Below are positions 62,566 to 64,000 of a stretch of DNA of 64,000 nucleotides, piece after piece. Location: positions 796,419 to 860,418 of the forward strand of contig JAKMXF010000099.1 of NCBI GenBank assembly GCA_024704765.1. The letters run 5' to 3'. Numbering within the stretch: position 1 is the stretch's first letter; every line of letters begins with the position of its first letter. A program made the position numbers and the translations under genes. The stretch is from Oopsacas minuta. Taxonomy: Eukaryota > Animalia > Porifera. Under the pieces are notes generated by a model. The model searched no databases, was not told the origin of the DNA, and saw only the letters and a list, made by a program, of their open reading frames with translations.

Positions 62566-63329
62566 AAAATATTGCGGTCGTTTGTAATTAGGAAAATACC
62601 TAAGTTGTTTAATACGTCTTTCAATGAAGATGTATTACGTCTAATACTTATTTTACGTTCAATCTACAATTTTTAGTGACGTAAATTCTATTAGAGTGAT
62701 TTCTGCAATAAATATTTTGCATCATAACAGTGAGTCTCGAATTGTTAATGAGAAATCTCAACATAGTTGACCAAATTATATAATACTTGTTAATAATGTG
62801 ACTTATGCCAGTCTCACAATGTCAAAATCTTACATTTCGAGGTTAACCTATACGTATAATAAGTTAAAATTGATAAGGTATAACGTATTATACGTTATAC
62901 GCGTATTATACAACTTAGGAAAATATAGTAAAATGCTCTAAGATAGATTAAAGTTATTCATGATTCCTAAAAACATTTCATCGTGAACAGCATATTACTG
63001 CTCATGATGAAATATTTTAGGAAACTAAAATAATTTCATCTTAGTCAGAGCATTTTACTTATCTGGGAAACTATACAAGTTTGACCTTTGAATTTCACAG
63101 TTTATACATTCAAATTCCTGTATTATATCGAATCCTTATTGTTTCAAGAACAATTTAGGAGTAGTACTTAATTCTAATTACAATTGATGTTGAAATCGAG
63201 TACTTTATTTATTTTTCAATCCGTCAACTACTTTAAAAATTAATTTAAAATAATAATTAAAATTGACCAATCAAATAAGTAGCGAGGTGTCGTGTAGCGA
63301 GATGTCGGACTTCCAAGATTTTCATGCTC

Positions 63330-64000
63330 TGGGAATCTTCTTCACAAGATCTAAATTTTTCTATGTAGATCTAACTGTATGGATAGCAGTATTGCTATAA
63401 ATCTCAACATTATCTTGTTCATGTGTGTCAAGCTTTTGAGCTAACAGATAAATTTGAAGAATATCAGAAAGGCGAGTGATTATGGATGGAACTCAACTTC
63501 ATTTACTAAACACCTCACATGTAAAGCAACATCAATAAGGATCTGATGAGATATAGTCAATAGTGATCCAGATAGTACCTTCTTGAAAATATGCAATGTA
63601 CCCTAAATTTAGCGAATATAGGTCCATTTTTCAGTCAAGTAAATTGTCGTATACTTTAGCTGGATGTCATCAATATTAGAAACAGAAAAGCTATCGTTTT
63701 CTTTTTTATGTTCAGCACGACTCAACTCAAGAGCATGATGGATATGTCGGATATCAATTTCATTTCCGTCCAACAATCAGGTTGCTTACAAGATCCTTGT
63801 AAATAATTAGGGCAATTAGGTAGATTGACTAACTTGGCATTTTCATAAGACCAGGCTTTCTTCAAACTTTCTCCACTGTACCATCACCCATTGGTATATC
63901 GAATTGAAGCAACACGTCATCATCATTGAAATGTTTCGAATAGATGAAAACTTTTGCCAATTCCCATGCATTATCTCTATGGAGAAATCTTCGCCATTCA
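63330..64000 (-). pseudogene. THAP domain / N-terminus of a second P-element-type transposase (continues off the right edge)
   Basis: Minus strand reads EWRRFLHRDNAWELAKVFIYSKHF and, frameshifted, LPNCPNYL. RLSDILQI..L parallels LSDVRQIEDLL in the 61560 copy. Confidence 0.6.

Overview
AT-rich eukaryotic (animal-type) genomic DNA. It holds three recognisable host genes in a dense field of decayed, nested DNA transposons. The gene style and TE mix suggest a compact invertebrate genome such as a sponge; this is inference and cannot be confirmed here. Host genes: (1) a formin of the FMN/cappuccino type (minus, 9120-5357), whose FH2 domain is split by a one-base frameshift; (2) a single-exon 1689-aa protein (minus, 30894-25825) with the architecture pseudo-caspase, pseudo-caspase, Roc GTPase, COR, CARD-like death fold, intact caspase (SHG and QACRG), which is the most striking object in the window; (3) a probable CENP-C/Mif2-like cupin gene made of two phase-0 exons (42896-43300 and 50829-51149) across a 7.5-kb TE-filled intron. 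Mobile DNA includes mariner DD34D, Tc1 DD34E, two DD37E, DD41D, MULE (FLYWCH-MULE-RING), Merlin (x2), hAT (several, three with perfect 8-bp TSDs), P/THAP, a Transib/RAG1-like remnant, a PF20700-type remnant, a mini-Helitron, pogo/Tigger-type MITEs, and a ~1.56-kb near-perfect palindrome carrying a mariner 3' half. All transposase remnants seen are disrupted. No rRNA, tRNA or CRISPR array was recognised.
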